Part shown: piece by piece, positions 26,621 through 37,927 of the stretch
How the letters are laid out: each line of letters opens with the position of its first letter
How positions within the stretch are numbered: the first letter of the stretch is position 1
NCBI GenBank assembly: GCA_039831155.1
Contig: JBDONT010000021.1
Span: forward strand, 1 to 38,415
DNA length: 38,415 bases
From: Nautiliaceae bacterium
GTDB lineage: Bacteria; Campylobacterota; Campylobacteria; Campylobacterales; Nautiliaceae
Reading direction: 5' to 3'
Made by a program: the position numbers and the translations under genes
Notes under the pieces: generated by a model
What the model saw: only the letters and a program-made list of their open reading frames with translations
Database searches by the model: none
Told to the model about the DNA's origin: nothing

Positions 26621-26720
26621 AGTCGTGAAGTGGTGAAGTTGTAAAGTCGTGAAGGGGAAAAATAAAGAGTTAATTAATATTAATGCCTTCACAGCTTAAC
26701 TACTTCACAACCTATCAACT
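26621..26720. repeat. Imperfect ~35-bp inverted repeat built from octamer units (TCGTGAAG-like)
   Basis: Left arm agtcgtgaagtggtgaagttgtaaagtcgtgaagg (26621-26655). Right arm ccttcacagcttaactacttcacaacctatcaact (26686-26720). The loop is AT-rich. Confidence 0.75.
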
Positions 26721-26738
26721 TTAAATTGAAGGATCAAT

Positions 26739-27386
26739 ATGAAAGATATACAAAAAGAGTTTTTAGATAATAGAAATAAGAGTAAAGATGTGTGGAGAAT
26801 GTTTAGAGTCATTAGTGATTTTACAGATGCGTTTGATGAACTTGAAGATTTACCACCAGCTGTTAGTATTTTTGGGAGTGCAAGGGAGAAACCAGGAAGT
26901 TTTTATTATGAAAAAGCGACAGAAATTTCAAGAAAACTTAGTGAAAAAGGGTATGCTATTATTACAGGAGGAGGTCCTGGTATTATGGAAGCTGCTAATA
27001 AAGGTGCAAAAATTAGTGTAGGGCTTAATATAGAGCTTCCTCATGAGCAAAAAACAAATCCATATGTAAAAATTCCTCTTAAATTTAAATATTTTTTTAC
27101 TAGAAAAGTTACTTTTTTAAAATATAGCGTTGCTACTGTAATGATGCCGGGTGGATTCGGAACGGTTGACGAGCTTAGTGAAGTATTGACACTTGTTCAG
27201 ACTAATAGAATGAGTAAAGTCCCTATTGTTTTTTTTGGAAAAGAGTTTTATAAACCTCTTTTAAAATTTTATGAAACTATGCTCTCTTATCAATATATAG
27301 AAAAAGAGGATTTAGATTTATTTATAGTTACCGATGATATTGATGAGGTAGTTGCATATATTTATAAAAATGCGGTTAAACCTTAG
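26739..27386 (+). CDS. LOG-family (TIGR00730-like) nucleotide phosphoribohydrolase
   Basis: VSIFGSAR, TGGGPGIMEAANKGA, YFFTRK and PGGFGTVDE. Confidence 0.92.
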   Translation: MKDIQKEFLDNRNKSKDVWRMFRVISDFTDAFDELEDLPPAVSIFGSAREKPGSFYYEKATEISRKLSEKGYAIITGGGPGIMEAANKGAKISVGLNIELPHEQKTNPYVKIPLKFKYFFTRKVTFLKYSVATVMMPGGFGTVDELSEVLTLVQTNRMSKVPIVFFGKEFYKPLLKFYETMLSYQYIEKEDLDLFIVTDDIDEVVAYIYKNAVKP

Positions 27387-27448
27387 TTTTATAATTTATT
27401 TGCTTACTTCTTTTTCCTTTATTTAAGGAAACAATTCTCTTTTTTCTC

Positions 27449-27477
27449 TTGCAAAAGTTACAAAAATCTTTTATAAT
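27449..27477 (+). promoter_or_regulatory. Putative S10 operon promoter
   Basis: TTGCAA (27449-27454), 17-nt spacer, TATAAT (27472-27477). AAGGAAGG RBS precedes ATG 27529. Confidence 0.75.
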
Positions 27478-27528
27478 TTCACTCCACAATGCGTGGAAAA
27501 ACCACGAGATCTTTAAAAAGGAAGGCTA

Positions 27529-27837
27529 ATGGAGAAAATTAGAATTAAACTTCAAGCATATGACCACAGAGTGCTTGATAAAGCAGTAGGCATTATTATA
27601 GATGCGATTAAAAGAACTGGAGCTGAAGTAAAGGGTCCAATTCCACTACCTACTAAAATCAGAAGATATACGGTATTAAGATCACCTCACATTAACAAAG
27701 ATTCAAGAGAACAATTTGAGATTAGAATCCATAGAAGAATTGTTGATGTTGTAAATGCACAACCTGAAACTGTTGACTCATTAATGAAATTAGAGTTAGC
27801 ACCAGAAGTTGATGTAGAAGTTAGGGCATTAAGTTAA
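27529..27837 (+). CDS. rpsJ: 30S ribosomal protein S10
   Basis: [22 protein letters not shown] and [14 protein letters not shown]. Confidence 0.99.
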   Translation: MEKIRIKLQAYDHRVLDKAVGIIIDAIKRTGAEVKGPIPLPTKIRRYTVLRSPHINKDSREQFEIRIHRRIVDVVNAQPETVDSLMKLELAPEVDVEVRALS

Positions 27838-27847
27838 GGAGAATTGA

Positions 27848-28423
27848 ATGGAATTTATAGTTGAAAAAATAGGAATGAGTAGGACAGTTGGAATCCCAAG
27901 TATTCCAGTTACTTTATTAAAAGTTGTTCCAGCAAAAGTTTGTGAAATTAAAGAAGATAAAGCTTTAGTTGCATATCCTTATGGTAAAAAATTAAATAAA
28001 CCTATTGAAGGTATGCAAAAAAAATATAATCTACCAAAAGAGTTCAATAGATTTGTAGAACTTAAAGTTGTAAACACTGAACCGGGAGATTTATCAGTAG
28101 AACCTTTAAAAGAAGCTAAAAAAGTAAAACTTACTTTTAAATCTAAAGGTAGAGGTTTCCAAGGTGTTGTAAAAAGACATGGATTTGCAGGAGGTCCGGG
28201 AGGACACGGTAGTAGATTCCACAGAGCACCAGGTTCAATTGGTAACTGTGAATGGCCAGGTAGAGTAATGCCGGGTAGAAAAATGCCAGGACATTACGGA
28301 AATAAAAATGTAACAGTTAACGCTGAAGTAGTTGAATTTGACCCGGATATGGGTGTACTTGTAATTAAAGGAAGCGTTCCTGGAGCAAACGGAAGTTTAG
28401 GAAGAGTAAGGATTGTGAAATGA
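27848..28423 (+). CDS. rplC: 50S ribosomal protein L3
   Basis: [23 protein letters not shown] and KMPGHYG. Confidence 0.98.
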   Translation: MEFIVEKIGMSRTVGIPSIPVTLLKVVPAKVCEIKEDKALVAYPYGKKLNKPIEGMQKKYNLPKEFNRFVELKVVNTEPGDLSVEPLKEAKKVKLTFKSKGRGFQGVVKRHGFAGGPGGHGSRFHRAPGSIGNCEWPGRVMPGRKMPGHYGNKNVTVNAEVVEFDPDMGVLVIKGSVPGANGSLGRVRIVK

Positions 28424-29001
28424 GTATTGAAGTAATTAAACAATTACCGGAAGATTTTCAAGGTATTAATCCTCATAACCTTTATCTTTATGTAAAAGCA
28501 TACCTTGCTAACCAAAGAGCTGGTACTGCACATACAAAAACTAGAGGTGAAGTAAGTGGAGGAGGTAAAAAACCTTTTAGACAAAAAGGTCTTGGACGTG
28601 CTAGACAAGGTTCAATCAGAGCACCTCAATTTGTTGGTGGTGGTGTAGCACACGGACCGAGAAATGAAAGAGATTGGTCTCAAAAATTAAATAAAAAACA
28701 AAAAAGAGTTGCACTTAAATATGCACTTAATGAAAAAGCTGAAAACGGAAAAATTTTCGTAGTAGATAACATTAAAATTGAGAGTGGAAAAACAAAAGAT
28801 GCTCAAAAATGGTTAAATGAAATTAATCAAAGAGATTATCTAATCGTTGTAGATGAAATGGATGAAAAAACATTTTTAGCATTCAGAAACATTCCAAATG
28901 TATATATTATCACACCGGAAGAATTAAATGCATATTATGCAAGTGTATTCCACAGCATTATTTTCGATAAAGCAGCTTTTGAAAAAGTTATAAAGGGCTA
29001 A
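28420..29001 (+). CDS. rplD: 50S ribosomal protein L4
   Basis: [31 protein letters not shown]. Confidence 0.98.
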   Translation: MSIEVIKQLPEDFQGINPHNLYLYVKAYLANQRAGTAHTKTRGEVSGGGKKPFRQKGLGRARQGSIRAPQFVGGGVAHGPRNERDWSQKLNKKQKRVALKYALNEKAENGKIFVVDNIKIESGKTKDAQKWLNEINQRDYLIVVDEMDEKTFLAFRNIPNVYIITPEELNAYYASVFHSIIFDKAAFEKVIKG

Positions 29002-29004
29002 GCG

Positions 29005-29286
29005 ATGGCAGATATTACAGATATTAAATCAATAGTTTATACTGAAAAAGCACTTAATTTGCAAGAGCAAGGTGTGCTAGTAGTTCAAACTACACCAAAA
29101 GTTACTAAAAATCAACTTAAAGAAATTTTCAAAGAATATTTTGGTGTAACACCTCTTAAAGTTAACTCTTTAAGACAAAAAGGTAAAGTTAAAAGATTTA
29201 GAGGAATCGAAGGTAAAAGACCTGATTATAAAAAATTCTACGTTAAATTACCTGAAGATGCAAAACTTGAAAGCCTAAGTGTATAA
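29005..29286 (+). CDS. rplW: 50S ribosomal protein L23
   Basis: YTEKA, GKVKRF and YKKFYVKL; expected operon position. Confidence 0.97.
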   Translation: MADITDIKSIVYTEKALNLQEQGVLVVQTTPKVTKNQLKEIFKEYFGVTPLKVNSLRQKGKVKRFRGIEGKRPDYKKFYVKLPEDAKLESLSV

Positions 29287-29295
29287 GGATAGAAG

Positions 29296-30120
29296 ATGGC
29301 AGTAAAAACATATAGACCGTATACACCGTCAAGAAGATTTATGACAACTCTTGATAACAGTGATATTACATCTAAACCGACGGTAAAAAAATTACTTATT
29401 AAACTTCCAGCAAAAGCTGGTAGAAACAACTATGGAAGAATTACATCTAGACATAGAGAAGCTGGTCATAAAAAGCTTTACAGAATTATCGATTTTAAAA
29501 GAAATAAATTCGGTATTCCTGGTAAAGTTATGACAATTGAATACGACCCATACAGAAACTGTAGAATTTGTCTAATCAGCTATGCTGATGGAGATAAAAG
29601 ATATATTATTCAACCAGAAGGTTTAAAAGTTGGTGATACTGTAATGGCGGCAGAAGCCGGTCTTGATATTTTACCGGGTAATGCTATGAAACTTAAAAAT
29701 ATTCCGGTTGGTACTGTTGTACACAATGTTGAAATGAAACCTGGTAAAGGTGGACAAATCGCAAGAGCTGCCGGAAACAGCTGCCAAATTATGGGTAGAG
29801 AAGGAAAATACGTAATTCTTAGACTTCCAAGTGGTGAAATGAGAAAAATTCTTGGTGAATGTATGGCAACAATCGGTACTGTTGGAAATGCAGATTACCA
29901 AAATATTACTATCGGTAAAGCCGGTAGAAGCAGATGGCTTGGAATTAGACCTCAAACTAGAGGTATCGCAATGAACCCAGTAGATCATCCACATGGTGGG
30001 GGTGAAGGTAGAAGTAAAGGTAACCATCCTGTTACACCTTGGGGTATGCCGACTAAAGGTTATAAAACTCGTAAGAAAAAACAATCTGATAAATACATCA
30101 TTTCAAGAAGAAAGAAATAA
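29296..30120 (+). CDS. rplB: 50S ribosomal protein L2
   Basis: [15 protein letters not shown] and [13 protein letters not shown]. Confidence 0.99.
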   Translation: MAVKTYRPYTPSRRFMTTLDNSDITSKPTVKKLLIKLPAKAGRNNYGRITSRHREAGHKKLYRIIDFKRNKFGIPGKVMTIEYDPYRNCRICLISYADGDKRYIIQPEGLKVGDTVMAAEAGLDILPGNAMKLKNIPVGTVVHNVEMKPGKGGQIARAAGNSCQIMGREGKYVILRLPSGEMRKILGECMATIGTVGNADYQNITIGKAGRSRWLGIRPQTRGIAMNPVDHPHGGGEGRSKGNHPVTPWGMPTKGYKTRKKKQSDKYIISRRKK

Positions 30121-30129
30121 GGATAGCTC

Positions 30130-30411
30130 ATGGCTAGAAGTTTAAAAAAAGGTCCTTTTGTAGATGACCATTTAATGAAAAAAGTTCTTAAAGCAAAAGA
30201 AGAAAAAAATCCAAAACCAATTAAAACTTGGTCAAGAAGAAGTACAATTACACCTGATATGATTGGTTTAACAATTAACGTTCATAACGGAAGAGATTTC
30301 GTTCCTGTATACATTACTGAAAGACACGTAGGATTTAAACTTGGTGAATTTGCACCGACTAGAACTTTTAGAGGACATAAAGGTTCTGTTCAAAAGAAAA
30401 TAGGTAAGTAA
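30130..30411 (+). CDS. rpsS: 30S ribosomal protein S19
   Basis: [16 protein letters not shown] and [11 protein letters not shown]. Confidence 0.99.
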   Translation: MARSLKKGPFVDDHLMKKVLKAKEEKNPKPIKTWSRRSTITPDMIGLTINVHNGRDFVPVYITERHVGFKLGEFAPTRTFRGHKGSVQKKIGK

Positions 30412-30420
30412 GGATAGGTG

Positions 30421-30741
30421 ATGAGTAAAGCAGTATTAAAATTTATAAGACTATCCCCAACTAAAGCAAGACTTGTAGCAAGAGAAATTCAAGGAATGAA
30501 TGCTGAAGATGCATTAGCGAAGCTTGAATTTATGCCAAACAAAGCTGCAAAAGTAATTGCAAAAGTAGTAGCAAGTGCAGTTGCAAACGGTGGATTTGAT
30601 GCTAATGAAGTTGTAATTAAATCTTGTAGAATTGATAGAGGTCCTTATCTTAAGAGATTTAGACCAAGAGCAAGAGGAATGGCTAGTAGAATTCAAAAAC
30701 CTACAGCACATATTTTTGTAGAAGTTGAAAAGGAAAGCTAA
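30421..30741 (+). CDS. rplV: 50S ribosomal protein L22
   Basis: SPTKARLVA and KRFRPRARG. An alternative GTG start lies at 30418. Confidence 0.98.
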   Translation: MSKAVLKFIRLSPTKARLVAREIQGMNAEDALAKLEFMPNKAAKVIAKVVASAVANGGFDANEVVIKSCRIDRGPYLKRFRPRARGMASRIQKPTAHIFVEVEKES

Positions 30742-31463
30742 TGGGTCAAAAAACGAATCCAATCGGACTAAGACTAGGGATTAATAAAAACTGGAGAAGT
30801 AGATGGTTCATTAATTACAATACTATGCCTGAGAATGTATTAAGTGATTATGAACTAAGAAAATTCCTTAAGAAAAAACTTTATTACGCTGGTATCAGTG
30901 ATATTATTATTGAAAGAACAGCTAAAAAAATCAGAATTACAATTTTTGCAGCTAAACCTGGTATCATTATCGGTAAAGGTGGTAGTGAAATTGAAGCTCT
31001 TAAAAAAGAACTTCAAAAGAAAATTGGTAATAAAGAATTAATTCTTAATATTAAAGAAGAGAGAAAACCACAATTATCAGCTCAACTTGCAGCTGAAAAC
31101 GTTGCTACTCAAATTGAAAGAAGGGTAGCATTTAGACGTGCTATGAAAAAAGTTATTCAATCAGCTCTAAAAGCCGGAGCAAAAGGTATTAAAGTTCAAG
31201 TTGCCGGAAGACTTAATGGAGCTGAAATGGCAAGAACTGAATGGTATCTTGAGGGAAGAGTTCCTCTTCATACATTAAGAGCTAAAATCGATTACGGATT
31301 TGCAGAAGCTTTAACTACATACGGTATTATCGGTGTTAAAGTTTGGATATTCAAAGGTGAAGTTCTTCAAAGAAAAATGAATTCTGACGATACGGCTACG
31401 CCGGAGAGAAAAGCTCCAAGAAGAAGAAAAGGACGCAGAAATGTTAATGCCAAAAAGAACTAA
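30741..31463 (+). CDS. rpsC: 30S ribosomal protein S3
   Basis: [22 protein letters not shown] and [10 protein letters not shown]. Confidence 0.99.
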   Translation: MGQKTNPIGLRLGINKNWRSRWFINYNTMPENVLSDYELRKFLKKKLYYAGISDIIIERTAKKIRITIFAAKPGIIIGKGGSEIEALKKELQKKIGNKELILNIKEERKPQLSAQLAAENVATQIERRVAFRRAMKKVIQSALKAGAKGIKVQVAGRLNGAEMARTEWYLEGRVPLHTLRAKIDYGFAEALTTYGIIGVKVWIFKGEVLQRKMNSDDTATPERKAPRRRKGRRNVNAKKN

Positions 31464-31866
31464 ATATAGAAAACAACAAAAAGGTAGAAACAGAGGTAAG
31501 GCTTACAGAGGTAACAGCCTTGCATTCGGAACATACGGATTAAAAGCTATTGAACTTGGAAGAATTAATTCAAGACAAATAGAAGCCGGAAGGGTAGCAC
31601 TTTCTAGAACTATGAAAAGAACAGGTAAAATCTGGATTAGAGTATTCCCGGATAAACCTCTTACAGCTAAACCGGTTGGTGTGAGAATGGGTAAAGGTAA
31701 AGGTAGTGTAGAAGAGTGGGTAATGAATATTCAACCTGGAAGAATTATTTTTGAAATTACAGGTGTTGATAACAACACTGCAGTAAAAGCTTTAACTCTT
31801 GCAGCTGCTAAATTACCTTTTAAAACAAAAATTGTAAGTATGGAGAGTGACAATGAGCTATACTAA
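31441..31866 (+). CDS. rplP: 50S ribosomal protein L16
   Basis: [18 protein letters not shown] and RMGKGKG. Confidence 0.99.
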   Translation: MLMPKRTKYRKQQKGRNRGKAYRGNSLAFGTYGLKAIELGRINSRQIEAGRVALSRTMKRTGKIWIRVFPDKPLTAKPVGVRMGKGKGSVEEWVMNIQPGRIIFEITGVDNNTAVKALTLAAAKLPFKTKIVSMESDNELY

Positions 31867-32059
31867 GTTAAATGTAGCAGAATTAATTGAGAAAAATGAA
31901 GCTGAATTACAAAAGCTTCTAAAAGATAAAAAAATGGAGCTTTTTGAAACAAAAATGAAATTAAAAACTATGCAGCTACAAGATACATCACTTGTTTCAA
32001 AAATCAGAAAAGACATCGCAAGAATTAAAACTGCGATGAGAATGAAAAGGGGTAACTAA
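31853..32059 (+). CDS. rpmC: 50S ribosomal protein L29
   Basis: [11 protein letters not shown] and expected position. ATG 31853 follows GGAG. Confidence 0.95.
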   Translation: MSYTKLNVAELIEKNEAELQKLLKDKKMELFETKMKLKTMQLQDTSLVSKIRKDIARIKTAMRMKRGN

Positions 32060-32304
32060 TGCCTAAAAGAGTTATTCAAGGAAAAGTTATTAAAAAAACG
32101 GGTGATAAAACTATCAACGTTTTAGTTGAAAGAAAAGTTTTACACCCGAAATATCATAAAATTGTTAAAAAATTTAAAAAATATCTTGTTCACGATGAAA
32201 ACAATGAAGCTAATGTTGGTGATGTTGTAACGGCAATTGAACATAGACCAATTTCTAAAAGAAAATCTTTCGTTCTTAAAGAAATTGTAGAAAGAGGAGA
32301 ATAA
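32059..32304 (+). CDS. rpsQ: 30S ribosomal protein S17
   Basis: [19 protein letters not shown] and RPISKRK. Confidence 0.98.
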   Translation: MPKRVIQGKVIKKTGDKTINVLVERKVLHPKYHKIVKKFKKYLVHDENNEANVGDVVTAIEHRPISKRKSFVLKEIVERGE

Positions 32305-32306
32305 GA

Positions 32307-32675
32307 ATGATTCAACCATTTACAAGATTAAAAGTTGCTGATAACAGCGGTGCTAAAGAAATTATGTGTATTAAAGTTTTGGGAGGGTCAAAAAGAAGAT
32401 ACGCATCAGTTGGTGACATTATTGTCGCTTCTGTGAAAAAAGCCCTTCCAAACGGTAAAATTAAAAAAGGTCAAGTTGTAAAAGCTGTAGTAGTTAGAAC
32501 TAAAAAAGAAGTTCAAAGAGAAAACGGTTCATTAATTAGATTTGACGATAACGCGGCAGTTATTATCGATGCTAAAAAAGAACCTGTAGGAACTCGTATT
32601 TTCGGACCGATTGCTAGAGAAGTTAGATACGAAGGATTCCAAAAAATTACATCACTTGCTCCGGAGGTGCTATAA
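32307..32675 (+). CDS. rplN: 50S ribosomal protein L14
   Basis: [16 protein letters not shown] and SLAPEVL. Confidence 0.99.
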   Translation: MIQPFTRLKVADNSGAKEIMCIKVLGGSKRRYASVGDIIVASVKKALPNGKIKKGQVVKAVVVRTKKEVQRENGSLIRFDDNAAVIIDAKKEPVGTRIFGPIAREVRYEGFQKITSLAPEVL

Positions 32676-32926
32676 TGGGTGCTAGAAAAAATTTACCTCC
32701 TAAATTCAAAATCAAAAAAGGTGATACTGTAAAAGTTATCGCTGGAGATGATAGAGGAAAAACTGGTGAAGTTTTAAAAGTACTAGTAAAAGAAGCTAAA
32801 GTACTTGTAAAAGGTGTGAACGTAGTGAAAAAGGCTGTTAAGCCAACTGAAGCAAATCCAAAAGGTGGATTTGAATATATTGAAAAACCAATTCACATCT
32901 CAAATGTAAAAAAAGTAGAAGGCTGA
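32675..32926 (+). CDS. rplX: 50S ribosomal protein L24
   Basis: KOW motif [17 protein letters not shown] and PIHISNV. Confidence 0.98.
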   Translation: MGARKNLPPKFKIKKGDTVKVIAGDDRGKTGEVLKVLVKEAKVLVKGVNVVKKAVKPTEANPKGGFEYIEKPIHISNVKKVEG

Positions 32927-32930
32927 GAAG

Positions 32931-33476
32931 ATGTTTGAAGTACAAAAAAAATATTACGAAGAAGTTAGACCAAAATTAGTAGAGGAATTTGATATTAAAA
33001 ATCCTATGCTAATTCCTAATCTTGAGAAAATAGTAGTTAGTGCTGGTGTTGGTGAAGGTGCTAGAGATAAAAAATTCCTTCAAAGTGTAGCTGATACTTT
33101 AACAATTATTACTGGACAAAAAGCGGTTATTACTCCTGCTAGAAAATCTGTAGCAGGATTTAAAGTTAGAGAAGGTATGCCTGTTGGTGTGAAAGTTACA
33201 CTTAGAGGCGAAATGATGTGGAATTTCCTTCAAAAACTTATCTCAATTGCACTTCCAAGAGTTAGAGATTTTAAAGGTGTAAAAAGAGACGGGTTTGACG
33301 GAAGAGGTAACTTTAACTTTGGTTTAACTGAACAACTTGTATTTACTGAAGTTGATTACGATAATATTATTAGAGTTCACGGTATGAACATTAATATTTC
33401 AACTACAACTGAAGACGATAAAATGGCTGAAAGAATGCTTGAACTTATCGGATTCCCATTTACAAAAGGAAAGTAA
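32931..33476 (+). CDS. rplE: 50S ribosomal protein L5
   Basis: [20 protein letters not shown] and FDGRGN. Confidence 0.99.
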   Translation: MFEVQKKYYEEVRPKLVEEFDIKNPMLIPNLEKIVVSAGVGEGARDKKFLQSVADTLTIITGQKAVITPARKSVAGFKVREGMPVGVKVTLRGEMMWNFLQKLISIALPRVRDFKGVKRDGFDGRGNFNFGLTEQLVFTEVDYDNIIRVHGMNINISTTTEDDKMAERMLELIGFPFTKGK

Positions 33477-33477
33477 T

Positions 33478-33663
33478 ATGGCTAAAAAAAGTATGATAGC
33501 TAAAGCTAAAAGAAAACCGAAATTCAAAGTTAGAGCATATACAAGATGCTCTATCTGTGGAAGAGTTCACTCTGTTTATAGAGATTTTGGTATTTGTAGA
33601 ATTTGCCTAAGAAAAATGGCAAACGAGGGATTACTCCCTGGTGTTAAAAAAGCAAGCTGGTAA
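33478..33663 (+). CDS. rpsN: 30S ribosomal protein S14, short zinc-binding type
   Basis: 61 aa from ATG 33478, with CSICGR...CRIC. The ORF-track start at 33439 is too long. Confidence 0.97.
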   Translation: MAKKSMIAKAKRKPKFKVRAYTRCSICGRVHSVYRDFGICRICLRKMANEGLLPGVKKASW

Positions 33664-33675
33664 AAGGATGCCACT

Positions 33676-34071
33676 ATGATGAATGATATTATTGCAGACG
33701 GATTAACAAGAATAAGAAATGCAGCGATGAGAGGGTTAGAAGTAACTCAACTTAACCACTCAAAGCTAATGGAAGATGTTTTAAAAGTTTTCGAAGAAAA
33801 AGGTTACATCGAAAGTTATAAAGTAATTGAAGATGGAAATAAAAAATTTATCAACGTTACTTTAAAATATGATGAAAACGGAAATTCTGTTATTAATGAA
33901 GTTAAAAGAGTATCTAAACCTGGTAGAAGGGTTTATAAAGGATACGAAGATATTAAAAGATTTAAAAACGGTTATGGTACATTGGTCGTATCAACAAACA
34001 AAGGCGTTTTACCTAATGACGAAGCCTACAAATTAAAAGTAGGTGGAGAAGTAATCTGTAGTATTTGGTAA
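33676..34071 (+). CDS. rpsH: 30S ribosomal protein S8
   Basis: [21 protein letters not shown] and GGEVIC. Confidence 0.99.
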   Translation: MMNDIIADGLTRIRNAAMRGLEVTQLNHSKLMEDVLKVFEEKGYIESYKVIEDGNKKFINVTLKYDENGNSVINEVKRVSKPGRRVYKGYEDIKRFKNGYGTLVVSTNKGVLPNDEAYKLKVGGEVICSIW

Positions 34072-34082
34072 GGAGATAATTT

Positions 34083-34619
34083 ATGAGTAGAATAGGTAAA
34101 CAACCCGTAAAGTTAGCTTCCGGCCTTGAAGCTAAACTTGAAGGGAATAAATTAATTATTAAAAAAGGCCAAGATGAAAAAGTTATTGATACTAAAGGTG
34201 TTGTAAAAGTAAACATCGAAGGTGATACATTAAATTTTGAACCGACAGAAGATACTAAATTTGCTAAAGCAATGTGGGGAACTGTTAGAGCTTTAGCTAA
34301 TAATGCTGTAATCGGATTAACTCAAGGGTTTGAGAAAAAACTTGAAATTAACGGTGTTGGTTACAGAGCATCTGTTAAAGGAAACGTTTTAGAATTACAA
34401 CTTGGATATTCACACCCTATTAATTATGAAATTCCAAAAGGAATTACTATTACTGTAGAAAAAAATATCATTACTGTAAAAGGTAGTGATAAGCAACAAG
34501 TTGGACAAGTTGCTGCAGAAATTAGAAGCTTTAGAAAACCTGAACCTTACAAAGGTAAAGGTGTTAAATATGTTGATGAGCATATTATCAGAAAAGCTGG
34601 TAAAACAGCTAAAAAATAA
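34083..34619 (+). CDS. rplF: 50S ribosomal protein L6
   Basis: MSRIGK, GVGYRA and PEPYKGKG. Confidence 0.99.
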   Translation: MSRIGKQPVKLASGLEAKLEGNKLIIKKGQDEKVIDTKGVVKVNIEGDTLNFEPTEDTKFAKAMWGTVRALANNAVIGLTQGFEKKLEINGVGYRASVKGNVLELQLGYSHPINYEIPKGITITVEKNIITVKGSDKQQVGQVAAEIRSFRKPEPYKGKGVKYVDEHIIRKAGKTAKK

Positions 34620-34628
34620 GGGTGAGAG

Positions 34629-34994
34629 ATGAGAAGAAGTAAAGCATTAGCTAAAAGAGATTTAAGAAGAATTAAAAGAAAAAAAAGAGTAAGAGGTAGA
34701 ATCAGTGGTACTCCTGATATGCCAAGAGTTACTATCTATAAATCAAATAGATATATTATAGTTCAAGCTATTGATGATGTAGCAGGAAATACATTGGTAT
34801 TTTTAAATACTGCTCATCTAGAAAATAAATTACCGTCAAACATTAACGGTGCAAAAGAAGCGGCTAAAATTTTTGCTGAAAAATTAAAAGCTGCTAATAT
34901 CGATTCTGTTAGATTTGACAGAAACGGATATAAATATCACGGTGTAGTTGCAGCATTTGCAGATACTCTAAGAGAAAATGGTATAAAACTATAA
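34629..34994 (+). CDS. rplR: 50S ribosomal protein L18
   Basis: [14 protein letters not shown] and [10 protein letters not shown]. Confidence 0.98.
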   Translation: MRRSKALAKRDLRRIKRKKRVRGRISGTPDMPRVTIYKSNRYIIVQAIDDVAGNTLVFLNTAHLENKLPSNINGAKEAAKIFAEKLKAANIDSVRFDRNGYKYHGVVAAFADTLRENGIKL

Positions 34995-35006
34995 AGGACT
35001 AGGCAA

Positions 35007-35483
35007 ATGGCTAAAAAAGCTCAAGTAATTAGAGATTATAATAGAGAAGAATTCGAAGAAGTAGTTGTTAATATCGGAAGAATTACTAAAGTTGTTAAAG
35101 GTGGTAGAAGATTTAGATTTAACGCTTTAGTAGTTGTTGGAAACAAAAAAGGTATAGTTGGAATCGGAACTGGTAAAGCAAAAGAAGTTCCTGATGCAAT
35201 TAAAAAAGCGATTGATGATGCGTTTAAAAACCTTGTAAAAATTGAAGGTATTCACGGAAATACTATCAATCACGACGTACAGGCTAAATATAACGCATCA
35301 AAAATTTTACTTAAACCTGCAAGTGAGGGTACGGGGCTAATCGCCGGTGGTGCGGTAAGACCGGTACTAGAGCTTGTTGGTATTAAAGATATTTTATCTA
35401 AGTCACTTGGTTCAAACGAACCGCACAATCTTGTAAGAGCTACTGTTGAAGCTCTAAAAATGATTAAAAGTAAAAAGGCTTAA
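35007..35483 (+). CDS. rpsE: 30S ribosomal protein S5
   Basis: [18 protein letters not shown] and IAGGAVR. Confidence 0.99.
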   Translation: MAKKAQVIRDYNREEFEEVVVNIGRITKVVKGGRRFRFNALVVVGNKKGIVGIGTGKAKEVPDAIKKAIDDAFKNLVKIEGIHGNTINHDVQAKYNASKILLKPASEGTGLIAGGAVRPVLELVGIKDILSKSLGSNEPHNLVRATVEALKMIKSKKA

Positions 35484-35486
35484 GTC

Positions 35487-35879
35487 ATGGCGTTAAATAA
35501 TTTAAAACCGGCATGTGGTTCTACTCATAAAACAAAAAGAGTAGGACGCGGAGCAGGTTCAGGGTATGGAAAAACATCAACTAGAGGACAAAAAGGTCAA
35601 AAATCAAGAACTGGTTATTCTCAAAAAAGAGGTTTTGAAGGTGGTCAACAACCGCTTCAAAGAAGACTTCCAAAAGTTGGATTTAAAAGTAGAGTTGTAA
35701 AACCTCAAGCGATTAATGTGGATAAATTCCCAGCAATTGCTGAACTTGAAGAAATTACTATGGAAACATTAGGAAATATAGTAAAAATTAAAGCTAAAAA
35801 AGTTAAATTAATTGGAACTAAAGCAAAAGAGCTTAAAGATAAAATTAAAGACGCTAACATAACTACATCTGGAAAGTAA
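35487..35879 (+). CDS. rplO: 50S ribosomal protein L15
   Basis: [21 protein letters not shown] and [13 protein letters not shown]. Confidence 0.99.
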   Translation: MALNNLKPACGSTHKTKRVGRGAGSGYGKTSTRGQKGQKSRTGYSQKRGFEGGQQPLQRRLPKVGFKSRVVKPQAINVDKFPAIAELEEITMETLGNIVKIKAKKVKLIGTKAKELKDKIKDANITTSGK

Positions 35880-35883
35880 GGGT

Positions 35884-37143
35884 ATGAATCCAATAGCAAA
35901 AAAAATCTTAATTACCCTTGGTTTCCTTCTTATTTATAGAGTTTTAGCATATGTTCCGGTACCAGGGGTAAATATAGATGTAATAAAAGATTTTTTTTCC
36001 GGTCATCAAAATGACGCATTAGGTCTTCTTAATATGTTTAGTGGTAATGCGGTAAGTAGAATGAGTATTATTGCTCTTGGGGTAATGCCTTATATTACTG
36101 CATCAATTATTATGGAACTTCTTGCAGCAACTTTCCCAAGACTCGGTGAAATGAAAAAAGATTCTCAAAGTTTTCAAAAATATATGCAAATAATTAAATA
36201 TTCTACTGTGCTTATTGCTTTTATTCAAGCAATAGGAATTGCAATTGGTCTAACTTCTATGACAGGTAAAATGGGTGAGAGTGCCGTAATGATTGATACT
36301 ACCACTTTTGTTATATTAACTGCTTTTTCAATGATGGGTGGTACAATGCTTCTTGTATGGATAGGTGAGCAAATTACCGAAAGAGGCGTAGGAAACGGGA
36401 TTAGTTTAATTATTTTTGCCGGAATTGTTAGTGCTATTCCTTCAGCTATTGTAGGAACATTAAATTTAGTTGATGTGGGAGAATTATCGGTTTTAGGTCT
36501 TTTATTTATTCTTTTAATTGTAATTGCTACTATTGCTTTTATTATTTACGTAGAACTTGCCGAAAGACGTATTCCGGTTTCTTATCAAAAAAAAGTATTA
36601 ATGCAAAATAGATTTAAAAGAATTATGAATTATATTCCGATAAAACTTAATTTAAGTGGGGTTATTCCTCCTATTTTTGCTAGTGCTATTTTAATGTTTC
36701 CATTGACTTTATTAAGTGGAGCTACTAATCCTATTTTAGTTCAAATTAGAGACCTTTTGAATCCTAATGGATATTTATATCATTTATTATTATTTGTGCT
36801 TGTAATATTCTTTGCATATTTTTATGCTTCAATTGTTTTTAATGCTAAAGATATATCAGAAAATTTAAAAAGGCAAGGTGGCTTTATACCAGGAATTAGA
36901 CCTGGGGAGCAAACTAAGAAGTTTTTAAATGAAGTAGCAAGTAGATTAACTTTTTGGGGTGCGTTGTACTTAGGTTTAATAACTGTTATGCCTTGGTTAT
37001 TAATAAAAATTACAAGTATTAATTTTTATTTTGGAGGAACTGCTGTTTTAATTGTAGTTCAAGTTGCGATTGATACTATGAGAAAAATTCAAGCGGAACT
37101 TCAAATGCAAAAATATGATACTTTATCAGTTACAGGGCTTTGA
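35884..37143 (+). CDS. secY: Preprotein translocase subunit SecY
   Basis: VPVPG, ALGVMPYITASII, GVGNGISLII, IPGIRPG and GGTAVLIVV. Confidence 0.99.
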   Translation: MNPIAKKILITLGFLLIYRVLAYVPVPGVNIDVIKDFFSGHQNDALGLLNMFSGNAVSRMSIIALGVMPYITASIIMELLAATFPRLGEMKKDSQSFQKYMQIIKYSTVLIAFIQAIGIAIGLTSMTGKMGESAVMIDTTTFVILTAFSMMGGTMLLVWIGEQITERGVGNGISLIIFAGIVSAIPSAIVGTLNLVDVGELSVLGLLFILLIVIATIAFIIYVELAERRIPVSYQKKVLMQNRFKRIMNYIPIKLNLSGVIPPIFASAILMFPLTLLSGATNPILVQIRDLLNPNGYLYHLLLFVLVIFFAYFYASIVFNAKDISENLKRQGGFIPGIRPGEQTKKFLNEVASRLTFWGALYLGLITVMPWLLIKITSINFYFGGTAVLIVVQVAIDTMRKIQAELQMQKYDTLSVTGL

Positions 37144-37152
37144 TGCCCTTTT
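37134..37152 (+). terminator. Possible weak terminator/pause hairpin over the secY stop
   Basis: AGGGC-tttgat-GCCCT followed by TTT. The stem is only 5 bp. Confidence 0.3.
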
Positions 37153-37168
37153 ATGTATAGGAGAATAA

Positions 37169-37927
37169 ATGGCTATTCCAATTAGAAAACCTCAAGAAAT
37201 AGAAAAAATAAAAATTCCTGCAAAACTTGTAGCTCGTACTTTAAAACTTTTGAAAGAAAATACAAAACCTGGTGTAACTCCATTAGAGCTTGATAAAATG
37301 GCAGAAGAATTTATAAGAAATCATGGAGGAAGACCTGCTTTTAAAGGTTTATATGATTTCCCTAATAGTGTATGTATTAGTAGAAATGGTGTAGTGATTC
37401 ACGGAGTCCCTACGAATGAACCTTTAAAAGAAGGTGAAATTGTTGGTTTTGATGTGGGAGTTGAAATTGATGGTTGGTATGGTGATGCAGCTATTACTGT
37501 AGGAGTGGGTAATATAGCTCCTGAATATGAAAAAATGATTCAAGTTGCAAAAGACGCTTTATATTATGCCATAAAAAATATCAAACCGGGGATGAGATAT
37601 AAACAAATTAGCAAGCTTTTAGAAGATTATATAACTTCTCACGGTTATGTACCTTTAAAAGGTTATAGTGGCCACGGTATAGGCAGAAAGCCTCATGAAG
37701 AACCTCAAATATTAAATTATGTAGAGGGTAAACCTAATCAGGGAGAAAAAGTAAAAAACGGACATGTTTTTTGTTTAGAGCCTATGCTTTGTCATAAATG
37801 TGGAGATCCTATTTTAGCTGAAAACGGATGGGATGTTTATTGTGAAGATATGGAAGTAGGGGTTCATTATGAGCATCAAGTGGCCGTTTTGAATAATAAA
37901 GCAATTATTTTAACAGAGGAGGACTAA
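37169..37927 (+). CDS. map: Methionine aminopeptidase type I
   Basis: VIHGVP, DVG...GWYGDAA, GHGIG...HEEP, LEPM and HYEH. Confidence 0.98.
   Translation: MAIPIRKPQEIEKIKIPAKLVARTLKLLKENTKPGVTPLELDKMAEEFIRNHGGRPAFKGLYDFPNSVCISRNGVVIHGVPTNEPLKEGEIVGFDVGVEIDGWYGDAAITVGVGNIAPEYEKMIQVAKDALYYAIKNIKPGMRYKQISKLLEDYITSHGYVPLKGYSGHGIGRKPHEEPQILNYVEGKPNQGEKVKNGHVFCLEPMLCHKCGDPILAENGWDVYCEDMEVGVHYEHQVAVLNNKAIILTEED

Noticed and set aside
26424-26720. CRISPR array
   Set aside because: The units are 8-bp degenerate tandem repeats with no unique spacers, and there are no cas genes in the window.
1044-35899. Numerous 60-137 aa antisense or off-frame ORFs in the track (e.g. 1044-1253, 21222-21539, 22052-22303, 26788-27021, 29671-30084)
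   Set aside because: All lie over well-supported genes, lack motifs, and are expected by chance.
35483-37169. Absence of rpmD (L30) and adk from the spc operon
   Set aside because: This is real but normal for Campylobacterota, so it is not novel.
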